Both the position numbers and the translations under genes were made by a program. Shown one piece after another: positions 35,037-44,138 of a DNA stretch of 61,237 nucleotides (positions are counted from its first letter, which is position 1; the number at the start of each line of letters is the position of its first letter). The notes below the pieces were generated by a model, which had not been told where the DNA came from, made no database searches, and saw nothing but the letters and a program-made list of their open reading frames with translations. This DNA comes from an uncultured virus (IMG/VR IMGVR_UViG_3300025870_000001) (Duplodnaviria > Heunggongvirae > Uroviricota > Caudoviricetes), in IMG/VR virus record IMGVR_UViG_3300025870_000001. The stretch is one strand, 5' to 3'.

Positions 35037-35465
35037 TCAGGCTGCCTCCCAAGATTTGTATTCAACAATAGAACACAGGTCTTTGACTAACTGTTTACCA
35101 TAGTCGGTAAATAGGATACCCTGCTCCCAAACAAAATGTTCTACATCCTGACTGTGGTAAAAGGTTTCAGAACCAACAATCCAGCGAAGTGCAGTCTCAC
35201 GATTTTCAGCACCCAATTCAATTACATCTTGAACCCGAGCTTCAAACTCATCGACGCACTCTTGCTCTACGATCTTTTCGCGTTTCGTGTTCTCTTCAAG
35301 TTCGTCACAAAGAGCATTCCACAACTCCTGTTTTTGCCTTGGAGTGCGTTCATGCCACTCTTCCATAAGAGTGCCCCGTGGACGAAATCCATAAACATCT
35401 TTATGGAGATCTGAAAAACAATCATCTGAGTAAGTAAACATTATATCTGGGTTCCTTCCATCCAT
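35037..35465 (-). CDS. Hypothetical early protein
   Basis: SDLHKDVYGFRPRG motif; start uncertain. Confidence 0.7.
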   Translation of the reverse strand: MDGRNPDIMFTYSDDCFSDLHKDVYGFRPRGTLMEEWHERTPRQKQELWNALCDELEENTKREKIVEQECVDEFEARVQDVIELGAENRETALRWIVGSETFYHSQDVEHFVWEQGILFTDYGKQLVKDLCSIVEYKSWEAA

Positions 35466-35641
35466 GCCTGTATTGCTGCCTGTTCATCAACCCAAGCGTC
35501 ATATTCGGCAACTTCTACTTGTTTGCGTTGCATCATGCGTTCTAAATCTGTTATCGCCATCCGTTTCTCATCAGACGCACCCTCTTGTAGTGCAATGATA
35601 ACATTTTCTAGAATTTCAATCTCTTGCATTGTGTCAATCAT
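35441..35641 (-). CDS. Small early protein
   Basis: Behind promoter and AAAGGTGATTCG leader. Confidence 0.65.
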   Translation of the reverse strand: MIDTMQEIEILENVIIALQEGASDEKRMAITDLERMMQRKQVEVAEYDAWVDEQAAIQAWMEGTQI

Positions 35642-35702
35642 GTCGAATCACCTTTCTCATTACATATTCATTATTGCATATCTACGGGTCAATGTCAAGG
35701 GC

Positions 35703-36032
35703 TTAAATTTTTTCAAATCCACACATTGCAACTTCATACTTGGTGTTACCAACTAACATTTGATCTCCCATGGATGTAGAACGGAGCCCCCATGCCTGTC
35801 CACGGTCATCAACTGGTAGGGGTGCCATAACAGTTACGTTCTCATTATAGTCACCGTTTTTACCACTAGACAAAAACTCTGATTGGATACTCCAAGAACC
35901 CATCACGTTATTTGTCCAACGATATGCATACTCCAGTTGTTCTTCAACTGACATGGTATCATCAACTTCAACTAATGCAACTGTCTGAGGGGTCTGGCCA
36001 AAGGCGGCGTGAATTACTGCAACTTGTGTCAT
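35703..36032 (-). CDS. Hypothetical early protein
   Basis: LEYAYRWTNN..GSW, GLRSTSMGD; AAGGAG RBS. Confidence 0.75.
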   Translation of the reverse strand: MTQVAVIHAAFGQTPQTVALVEVDDTMSVEEQLEYAYRWTNNVMGSWSIQSEFLSSGKNGDYNENVTVMAPLPVDDRGQAWGLRSTSMGDQMLVGNTKYEVAMCGFEKI

Positions 36033-36092
36033 TATATATCTCCTTTTTACACTTCACTTTAACATATGATTCGGGCAATGTCAAGGGCTAAT

Positions 36093-36395
36093 TTAATTAA
36101 TAATCTCCATACCAGTGAATCCCTTTTGCGTCCAGCCACGCGCTTCTGCATGTCTGCGAATAATGCGTTTATAATCCGAATTTGGCCACAAGCCTGCCTT
36201 TAAAGCATATGCTTTCATATCAGACTGCACCATAGAGGAATGCTGAGATTGAAAGGTTGTTGGATTGATTCGGGCATGCTCATCCGCAATAAATGTGTTA
36301 TCATCTGATTTCATTTGATTCGTTTCCTTTTTCATTACCCTTAAAGTATAAAGGGCTGACAATCTTTTGTCAACCCTTATTTTAACCTTTTTCAT
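36093..36395 (-). CDS. Hypothetical protein
   Basis: ORF with uncertain start. Confidence 0.45.
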   Translation of the reverse strand: MKKVKIRVDKRLSALYTLRVMKKETNQMKSDDNTFIADEHARINPTTFQSQHSSMVQSDMKAYALKAGLWPNSDYKRIIRRHAEARGWTQKGFTGMEIIN

Positions 36396-36708
36396 TTATT
36401 GCTTCATTTGGACGTTTATCCCATTGTGGTTTGGGATTTTCCAGTTCAGCTATTCGCCTCTCTAGTTCATCAATCTTATTAGTAATTTTTGGATATTGTT
36501 TTCTCCAAGCATCGTCTGGTTGATCGAACCAAGTCCATCCAAAATAATCTCTAATTTTATCAAGATATTCATCAAATTTCATGTACAAGTAAATACCGGC
36601 ATGGGTCGAGCGAAAATATGCAAGAAATGCTGCACCGAATAAGGCACCCACTATTGCAGTATAAATCCATAGTCTGTCTGATGCCATTTGATAAATCATC
36701 TCAATCAT
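36382..36708 (-). CDS. Membrane-anchored protein next to lipase
   Basis: WIYTAIVGALFGAAFL TM; GWTWF.QP..AWR..YP. Confidence 0.7.
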   Translation of the reverse strand: MIEMIYQMASDRLWIYTAIVGALFGAAFLAYFRSTHAGIYLYMKFDEYLDKIRDYFGWTWFDQPDDAWRKQYPKITNKIDELERRIAELENPKPQWDKRPNEAINEKG

Positions 36709-37429
36709 TTGCGTTTCTTTCTGTGTATCTGATGTAATATTTCATATCATGATCGTATACACCATCAAATGGTGCTTTTTTCTTGACTGCCATCATACGG
36801 CCTCTCCATTGATCTTTCATTCTCTGCCAAAAAGACATCTTTCTAATATTACCATAATAGTTTATATACATCAATTCTCCATGATGTTTATACATCAAGA
36901 ATGATGGCGGAACTGATGGAACGATATCATTATTATTTACAAATCTCACATGACGGCATGTGATATTCTTTACATATTGACCCCAACCAGTTCTAGGTGA
37001 ACCAAATGTGCAGAGAAAGTTTACATGATCTAATTTTCCTGCCGCGATAGTTGCCATTGCACCACCCAGAGAATGTCCAGTTACATACAAAGCTTTTGCG
37101 CCCCTCATTTGTTGTAGGGTTATTTCAACTCTGTCAATAATTTTTGCAACTTCAGTGTTAAATCCTTTATGAACTCTTCCAGTTTCTTCTTTCTCTGGCC
37201 AAGCTCGTAAATCTGCCTTAACGTCATTCCACTGAGAAGGTTCTGTTCCTCTAAAACATACTACAATAGTAGAAGTACTCCAAACAACATAACATTGTGC
37301 TCCCTGATAGTCTATATATTTTACCTGTGCATATCCCAAGGCCTTATATTTCTCAGTGGCAATGTTTGGTTGGTCATATGCGATGGCAGACATCTTTGCG
37401 AGTCTTGCGGATAATTGTTTCTCGTTCAA
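36701..37429 (-). CDS. Class 3 lipase
   Basis: FRGT, VHKGF, TGHSLGGA, TFGSPR, NNNDIVP, DH. Confidence 0.92.
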   Translation of the reverse strand: MNEKQLSARLAKMSAIAYDQPNIATEKYKALGYAQVKYIDYQGAQCYVVWSTSTIVVCFRGTEPSQWNDVKADLRAWPEKEETGRVHKGFNTEVAKIIDRVEITLQQMRGAKALYVTGHSLGGAMATIAAGKLDHVNFLCTFGSPRTGWGQYVKNITCRHVRFVNNNDIVPSVPPSFLMYKHHGELMYINYYGNIRKMSFWQRMKDQWRGRMMAVKKKAPFDGVYDHDMKYYIRYTERNAND

Positions 37430-37431
37430 TT

Positions 37432-38553
37432 TTAACTCCCTTCATAGATCCTGTTGTGAGTGTCATGACACATGACAAATGTTGTACATTTATTTAGTCT
37501 TTTTAACTCATCCGCGCCCACGTAAGTACAAGTACTTCTAATGCCCCCTAGAATATCTTGGATTGTCTTTGCCACCTCTCCACGATATGGTACTAAGACT
37601 TCTCTACCTTCCGATGAACGATATTCTTTAAGTCCACCAAAGTGTTTATCATTTGCAGCCTTACTGCTCATACCGTAGAACTGCACAAACTGTTTTTTAT
37701 CGTAAACTGGAGCATAATATCCATCTCCTTCATCAAGGAGTTCATTCGATTCATATGTTTTAGTTATTACTTCACCACCACCTTCATCATGTCCGGCAAG
37801 CATACCACCCAACATTACAAAGTCTGCACCACCAGCGAATGCCTTGGCTACATCACCAGAGCATGTACACCCACCATCAGCAATGATATGCCCACCAAGG
37901 CCATGGGCAGCATCAGCACATTCAATAACTGCCGAGAGTTGTGGATAACCGACTCCAGTTTTGATACGAGTAGTACAAACACTGCCAGGCCCAATACCCA
38001 CTTTAACAATATCGGCTCCATTTAAAATTAACTCCTGTGTTTGATCTGCAGTAACAACATTCCCTGCAATGATTACAATATCTGTATAAAGAAGTCTAAA
38101 CTCTTGGATAAAGTTTACAAATCTTTCAGTATATCCATTAGCAACATCAATACAAACATATTTAAGTTCTTTTCCGACATTATCATAGACAGTTTTAAAC
38201 TTATTTAAATCTGAGTCAGAAATACCAATAGACATTGCAACATATTCTCTTCTCTCCCACATTTTACTATCAAAGTAACTAATGAGTTCCGATGATGTGT
38301 ATGTTTTTTTGAGACATGTCATTATCTCACCTTCAGCGAGTTTATCTGCCATTTCAAATGTGCCCACGCCGTCCATGTTTGCCGCAATAATAGGTACACC
38401 CTCAAAATCTGGCGGGCAGATGTTTTCTGCGTTATAATTTCTGTAATTAAACTGTCTCACAAGAGAAACTTCTTTTCTACTAGTGAGAGTAGAGCGTTTA
38501 GGTCTGATTAACACATTCTTATAGTCTAATTTGATATCAGGTTCAATTCTCAT
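37432..38553 (-). CDS. guaC: GMP reductase
   Basis: [53 protein letters not shown]. Confidence 0.95.
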   Translation of the reverse strand: MRIEPDIKLDYKNVLIRPKRSTLTSRKEVSLVRQFNYRNYNAENICPPDFEGVPIIAANMDGVGTFEMADKLAEGEIMTCLKKTYTSSELISYFDSKMWERREYVAMSIGISDSDLNKFKTVYDNVGKELKYVCIDVANGYTERFVNFIQEFRLLYTDIVIIAGNVVTADQTQELILNGADIVKVGIGPGSVCTTRIKTGVGYPQLSAVIECADAAHGLGGHIIADGGCTCSGDVAKAFAGGADFVMLGGMLAGHDEGGGEVITKTYESNELLDEGDGYYAPVYDKKQFVQFYGMSSKAANDKHFGGLKEYRSSEGREVLVPYRGEVAKTIQDILGGIRSTCTYVGADELKRLNKCTTFVMCHDTHNRIYEGS

Positions 38554-39124
38554 CGATAATCAACCCATCAAGCATTTGTTGTAAATTTTCATGTTGCAAA
38601 AGGTGCATATCTTCCCATGAAGCTTCCCAATCTTCTGGTTCTTCTTCACCCATTTCATCTTCATCCCAATAAAAACAGAGGCCCTGGCCTTCATATTCAT
38701 CCGAATCCCATTCACACGAATCAAACTGTTCTCCTTGGTAATATACTGAACTGCCGAAGAAGTTTGGCATCTCATCTTCATATGTGACGGTGAACACCAC
38801 ATTCTCATCTATCTTCGATGCTTCCTCTGACAATTTCTCATAAAAGTCATGTGGAATTCCCCACGCTGAACATGTATTGATTTCTGTTTCATATGCGTCT
38901 TGTATGTGACACCACTTTACACCAATATTATCAACATACCAACCCCTAGTGTCTGTATCCTCTTCATCTGGCCAGAATGTAGTGTGGAGTGGTTTGTAGT
39001 GCTCGTATTCTTGAGGTCGTTCATCCTCTGGATATCTGAGATTTTCAACCAATTCTTTAAACCATGTGTGTACTTCTTCATTTCCGCCGTGAAGACTTAC
39101 TATTGAGTATACATTATTTGCCAT
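38543..39124 (-). CDS. Acidic protein, DUF1281/YubB-like
   Basis: [18 protein letters not shown] motifs. Confidence 0.55.
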   Translation of the reverse strand: MANNVYSIVSLHGGNEEVHTWFKELVENLRYPEDERPQEYEHYKPLHTTFWPDEEDTDTRGWYVDNIGVKWCHIQDAYETEINTCSAWGIPHDFYEKLSEEASKIDENVVFTVTYEDEMPNFFGSSVYYQGEQFDSCEWDSDEYEGQGLCFYWDEDEMGEEEPEDWEASWEDMHLLQHENLQQMLDGLIIDEN

Positions 39125-39287
39125 ATCTTTCTCCTATTCTATAATTTCTTCTGTGAACTCAGATTCGTCTGGGTTTATTATTATCTTTACCGTATCTCCA
39201 TCGATAGATAGAAAGACAGTCTGCACATCATCCCAAAGCTGGGCGGACTCATCGTCTATAACTTCTAGTGTTTTAAAGTTTCCTAAC

Positions 39288-39569
39288 CTAACCATCTACC
39301 AACTGACTCCATTTTTTTAACTTTTCTCTCTTATGACACGATCTTACTGCCAATTCTTTATATGTTATGATATTGTGATCAACCATTAGTTCTATCATAC
39401 ATTGCACATCTCCAAGTTCTTCAAGAAGTTTTACACGTTGATCTTCTTCGATTTCAGAAATATCATTATATTTGCGAATAATTTTACTACATCTTTGTGT
39501 CAACTCGCCACATTCTTCTGCAGTAATAACCATAAGTTGTTGCAATTTGTTTATAGGACTGTTCTTCAT
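39288..39569 (-). CDS. MazG-like nucleotide pyrophosphohydrolase
   Basis: EECGEL..SK..R and LEELGDV. Confidence 0.8.
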   Translation of the reverse strand: MKNSPINKLQQLMVITAEECGELTQRCSKIIRKYNDISEIEEDQRVKLLEELGDVQCMIELMVDHNIITYKELAVRSCHKREKLKKWSQLVDG

Positions 39570-39636
39570 CTAGAATCTCTTTTCTTAAATCATTAGTACC
39601 AATATACTACATTAGAAATCACTTGTCAAGAAGCAT

Positions 39637-39644
39637 TATAAATA
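39637..39644 (+). promoter_or_regulatory. T4-type late promoter
   Basis: TATAAATA upstream of the structural gene array. Confidence 0.75.
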
Positions 39645-39671
39645 AAAGGACAAATAATGGATATTTTTTAA

Positions 39672-42464
39672 ATGGCTACAAATATTACAGACTATACCGA
39701 CCCATTGAATTTTGAAACCGTTTGGATTTTTCACACCCCAGCTAAGGAAAATTATACAGATTCCTCAGGCAATACTATTTCGGGCACCAAATCTCCATCC
39801 GATTCTGACATCAATGCAACAAACAATCCAGAAGTTCCGTCAGTACTACAGAATATTTCGTATGAATTCGGAGCAGCTAATGGAGTGTCTGTTGGATCAT
39901 GGACTCTTGTTGTGGGTGGTGTTGTAATTTTTTCAAATAGAGTGTATTCCGCAACGCCCATATATCAAAGATTAGATGGTTCATCATATGATTTAGGAGT
40001 TGAGATTGAAGATGTAGTATATACTAAAGAAAGCTTAAACACAATAACCACCACCAGCACAGCAATCGGAGCAACTCTGCCAGGAACTTTAGTTGGTAGT
40101 GGAACAAATCCAACTACAGCATGGGTAGAAGGTAATAATGATGGAACATATTCTGGTGGTACTGACACATGGGATCAATTAACCGATGGAGTAACATGGG
40201 GAATTGTCTATAATGGACAAATAAAAGCAGGTTTACAGACAAATCTACAATATAGTGGAACTGATGCAGATGGAAATCCACAATTTATTGACGCCGATGG
40301 AACTCTATACACCAGATGGCAAGAAAAATATACAATAAATGGAGCCACAGCATATGAAGTTAGGAAAAAGGCACCAGATGTTACTACAACTACATCAAAT
40401 CAGGTAACAGTAAGAGAAAACACTAGATATAAGTTCTATCAAGTATTAGGACAAACACAGCTAGAAACAGAAAACATGGATGCAAATTTAGTGTTGGTTA
40501 TGCCCCATCACATACTACAGCGACATGTTGCAAAGAGACAAGGAAATTATAATTTTTCTGCGCTTGATTTAGACAATTCTCATTTGAGAGTTGTTCCAAA
40601 TATGGATGCGGCAAGATTAGAAATAAGAGATTTAAAAGTCAACTATGGAATTGACGCAAGAGCAGTTCCAGTAAGACTACAAGTAGGGAGCGATTTCGTG
40701 AGAATTGGAATTAATCAAATAACAGATGTAGATGCACTAGACGCAGAATTAAATCACGTTTTACAATATGATACTGATGGTGTATATAGAACAAAGTATC
40801 TCAACACTGATACAACAGTAGAGGGTAATAACAACCTTTACTTTTTGGATCAGAGGGCGAGAGATTCTTTCACAAATGGAACTACATCTAATAAAATTCA
40901 TATGGACTATGATCTTCTTTCCGATAGGAGTAATAGTGTTGCAGTTAGCTCATTGCAGTCAATTGCAATGTTCTTAGATAGAAATAATTCAGAAGATGGA
41001 AATTACTTTGGACTGTTCAATAATGAAGACGAAACTACGACTGCACTATCTAAAGAGAGTGCGGTATTTAGGGTAGAAGAGAATGGTGATATTTATTCTG
41101 ATGGCGGACTCTCACTGGATGGCGCATTTGAAGTCAATGGTGACATTACTGCAGGGGGCATCATATATACCAAAGAAAATGGTGCGGTTGCAAATAGAGT
41201 TGCAACTCAAATCTATGTAGACACTGCAATATCAAATTTAATTGATGGTGCTCCTGCCGCCTTGGATACTCTAAATGAATTGGCCGCATCTATAAATGAT
41301 GACGCAGGGGTATATCAAACACTTATTGACACAATTGCAAACTTGACAGTTACCACATATGGAGACACTGCTCCAAACGACCCACAGCCAGGAGAGCTAT
41401 GGTTTGATACTGCAACCGCCGGAGAACTATTAATGTGGGATGGTGGAAGTTGGATTCAGTTGACTGGTGTTGTCGGAACTCCAGCGTCTGGGAGTGGTGG
41501 AGCTGTTGATTTATCAGCATATGTAACAACAACTGCCATGAACACGGCAATTCAAAACTTTATAGAAGCGGGAGATATTACGGTACAGACAGGCGCGGCG
41601 TCTGGTGGCGGTTCTCTATCGTATAATAATGGACAGTTTACATTTAATCCAGCAGTCATAACCGATTTAACTGGATATGCGACAGAAACATATGTGGATG
41701 ATTCTATCGCAACTCTAACAGGTGGAGTTACCATACCATCTGATATTAATGACTTGACAGATGCTAATGGACTATTAAATACGGATATTAGCGAATTGTC
41801 AGATGCTAATGGACTATTAAATACGGATATTAGCGAATTGTCAGATGCTAATGGACTATTAAATACGGATATCAATGAATTATCAGATGTTGATGGACTA
41901 TTGAGCAGTGGTGGTGGTAGTGTTGCCGCAGCGCCCAAGCAGATCCGCGCAGGGCTTACTGGTTCACTTACTTCTATAACTAATATTGCAAATGGTGAAA
42001 TTTTAGTTGCATGGATTGCTGGATATCAACAAAACAATAATAATGAGACAATGACTGTATACGATCAAAGCGGTTATGTTGGTGCAAATCCAAGCAGTTC
42101 AGTATTGACAACTGGAACAAATTCAGTAAGATGGGTTAATAATACAGGAAGTACAGTCAGCGTTCACGTATATGCAACTGCTACATCGACAGGTTCATCA
42201 GTGCGAGTTGTTGCAATGCATTTTGGTGCAGATGCATCTACACAGGCGGCCGGGCAAATTGTAGGGGGCACATTTCAAACTCCAGCATCATCTGGAACTA
42301 CAACGGTTTCCCTTGGTTCTAATATTGCCGGTACACACGTACTTATTAATGGGTTTAACTCTCATAACTCGCAAACACTTACCGCAAATTCAAGTGGTGA
42401 AATTGATGTTGTTCATGGATCGTCTAGTGATCCAGAAACTTGGTATTGGCAAGCAGTAATTTAA
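39672..42464 (+). CDS. Virion fibre/structural protein
   Basis: T/G/S-rich; LIDGAPAALDTLNELAA, AP..P..GELWFD, YATETYV fibre motifs. Confidence 0.8.
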   Translation: MATNITDYTDPLNFETVWIFHTPAKENYTDSSGNTISGTKSPSDSDINATNNPEVPSVLQNISYEFGAANGVSVGSWTLVVGGVVIFSNRVYSATPIYQRLDGSSYDLGVEIEDVVYTKESLNTITTTSTAIGATLPGTLVGSGTNPTTAWVEGNNDGTYSGGTDTWDQLTDGVTWGIVYNGQIKAGLQTNLQYSGTDADGNPQFIDADGTLYTRWQEKYTINGATAYEVRKKAPDVTTTTSNQVTVRENTRYKFYQVLGQTQLETENMDANLVLVMPHHILQRHVAKRQGNYNFSALDLDNSHLRVVPNMDAARLEIRDLKVNYGIDARAVPVRLQVGSDFVRIGINQITDVDALDAELNHVLQYDTDGVYRTKYLNTDTTVEGNNNLYFLDQRARDSFTNGTTSNKIHMDYDLLSDRSNSVAVSSLQSIAMFLDRNNSEDGNYFGLFNNEDETTTALSKESAVFRVEENGDIYSDGGLSLDGAFEVNGDITAGGIIYTKENGAVANRVATQIYVDTAISNLIDGAPAALDTLNELAASINDDAGVYQTLIDTIANLTVTTYGDTAPNDPQPGELWFDTATAGELLMWDGGSWIQLTGVVGTPASGSGGAVDLSAYVTTTAMNTAIQNFIEAGDITVQTGAASGGGSLSYNNGQFTFNPAVITDLTGYATETYVDDSIATLTGGVTIPSDINDLTDANGLLNTDISELSDANGLLNTDISELSDANGLLNTDINELSDVDGLLSSGGGSVAAAPKQIRAGLTGSLTSITNIANGEILVAWIAGYQQNNNNETMTVYDQSGYVGANPSSSVLTTGTNSVRWVNNTGSTVSVHVYATATSTGSSVRVVAMHFGADASTQAAGQIVGGTFQTPASSGTTTVSLGSNIAGTHVLINGFNSHNSQTLTANSSGEIDVVHGSSSDPETWYWQAVI
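41742..41902 (+). repeat. 42-bp in-frame tandem repeat, ~3.8 copies (DISELSDANGLLNT)
   Basis: Units start 41758, 41800, 41842, with degenerate flanks. Confidence 0.95.
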
Positions 42465-42475
42465 AGGAGAAATAA

Positions 42476-42721
42476 ATGGCAGAATTTCCAGCAAACCCAG
42501 CAAATGGCGATAAACATACAATTGGAGCAAAAACTTGGGAATATAATGCAACCACAGACAAGTGGAGTATTGATTTATTCGGTTTGGATGACTGGACTAT
42601 ATCTCAGGACGCATCAAATAGATTATTATTTTCTCATAACGGAACATTAATGATGCGATTATCAACTACTGGAGATATAGAAACTAGAGGTAATATAACT
42701 GCATTTTCGGATATGACATAA
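42476..42721 (+). CDS. Small fibre-associated protein
   Basis: FP.NP.NGD N-terminal module; GNITAF C-terminus; AAGGAG RBS. Confidence 0.75.
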   Translation: MAEFPANPANGDKHTIGAKTWEYNATTDKWSIDLFGLDDWTISQDASNRLLFSHNGTLMMRLSTTGDIETRGNITAFSDMT

Positions 42722-43527
42722 TGCCACTGCAGACAACTGGCCCGATTTCACTTAGGGATATACAGATACAACACAATTCATCCTCTCCAACGTGGCAGAG
42801 GGTTGTTTTTGGCGAATTCACTAGAGCTACAGGACATGTACTAGAACGCCCAGAGAACTCTAATGTTCCAACAGTAACAGGTGAAGAGATAAGCTTTGAT
42901 GATTTTTATGGAACTTCTGCCCAAATTCCCGTATCTTATGAATTGATTGGTGGCGGCGGTGGTGGCGGAGCTGGACGCAATAATGGCAATGGAGTTGGAA
43001 TAACAGATGGAGATGACGGTGGGGATACTACTATAGACATGTCGGTAGATGGAGTTTCATATTTCTCTATAACCTCTTCTGGTGCCGCTGGCGGTAGAGA
43101 TAGTGCAGAGGCAGGACTACATAGACTTAATGATATACCAGAAAGAACTGGTGACGCATCAGATTATGGAGATGGTGGCGGGCCCGGTGGAAAAGACATG
43201 CCAGGCGGTGATGCGCCCGCAACAAGTTATGGCGCGGGTGGTGGCGGAGGCGGCGGCCATGTTGATGTCAATAAATTTGGCGGAATATACAACACAGACC
43301 CAGCGGGCGAAGGCGGCCAGGCGAGCGTAAAACAAGAAAACCCTGCAAACTATCTGTTGGAAGTTCCTTTCGGAACTACAATGACTATTACTATTGGGAA
43401 TGGTGGCGCTGGCGCATCAGATGGTGGCACAGACGGCGGAAATGGTGCTGGTGGATATGTAAAAATAAATATTGATGGTACAGAATACGAATATACAGTA
43501 GTTGGAACACATACGGAGACATTATGA
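42721..43527 (+). CDS. Glycine-rich virion protein
   Basis: G.ISL.DI, ISFDDFYG, multiple GGGGG runs. Confidence 0.75.
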   Translation: MPLQTTGPISLRDIQIQHNSSSPTWQRVVFGEFTRATGHVLERPENSNVPTVTGEEISFDDFYGTSAQIPVSYELIGGGGGGGAGRNNGNGVGITDGDDGGDTTIDMSVDGVSYFSITSSGAAGGRDSAEAGLHRLNDIPERTGDASDYGDGGGPGGKDMPGGDAPATSYGAGGGGGGGHVDVNKFGGIYNTDPAGEGGQASVKQENPANYLLEVPFGTTMTITIGNGGAGASDGGTDGGNGAGGYVKINIDGTEYEYTVVGTHTETL

Positions 43528-44087
43528 TACATTTATTTGAAGATCATTTAATGATGGATTTTGACTATTCAGATGCAACTGATTTGATATTCTCGTATCG
43601 TGATGGTGAGTTTTCTACATGCTTAGTTGTACATGGGTATCAGAATTTAGTAAAAGCAATAGGTATTAATAACATACCTAGTGTCTTCAAGAATGATCCT
43701 AGCGAAGAACTAAAATATGCGGTGGATGTGGAGAGTTTGTTTACAAACAAGAAGAGATTCTATACAAATCAAACAGATTCTATAGATCCTGAAGATTATA
43801 GACTTTCCAACCTGAACATCGGCGGCCGTGGGTATTACATAAACAATAAAGATCAAATTTGGACAACAAAAATATATAAAGGCACTCCTACATTTGGAGC
43901 AGAAGTGGATAGATGGAATAAAATCAAAAAAATCTCTGCAAATGAGCCGGAATCAGTTGCAACTGATGAAGAATGGCAGGGCCCCAAAGAAATAATAGAA
44001 ATTTGTCAAAAAAATCTAATAGAATATTGTGTTTTCAAAAAAGATAAGAAAAAGCAATCATATGTTAGAGTTTTCATAAAAACATAA
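43524..44087 (+). CDS. Hypothetical protein
   Basis: 187 aa, ATGA overlap. Confidence 0.65.
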   Translation: MIHLFEDHLMMDFDYSDATDLIFSYRDGEFSTCLVVHGYQNLVKAIGINNIPSVFKNDPSEELKYAVDVESLFTNKKRFYTNQTDSIDPEDYRLSNLNIGGRGYYINNKDQIWTTKIYKGTPTFGAEVDRWNKIKKISANEPESVATDEEWQGPKEIIEICQKNLIEYCVFKKDKKKQSYVRVFIKT

Positions 44088-44097
44088 ATAGAAAAAG

Positions 44098-44105
44098 TAT
44101 AAATA
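44098..44105 (+). promoter_or_regulatory. T4-type late promoter
   Basis: TATAAATA upstream of ATG 44139. Confidence 0.75.
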
Positions 44106-44138
44106 TAAAGAAAATCAGAATTATAAAAGGTTCATAGG

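Noticed and set aside
41742..41902. 42-bp tandem repeats as a possible CRISPR array (also 2271-2354)
   Set aside because: No spacers, in-frame coding repeats, no cas genes
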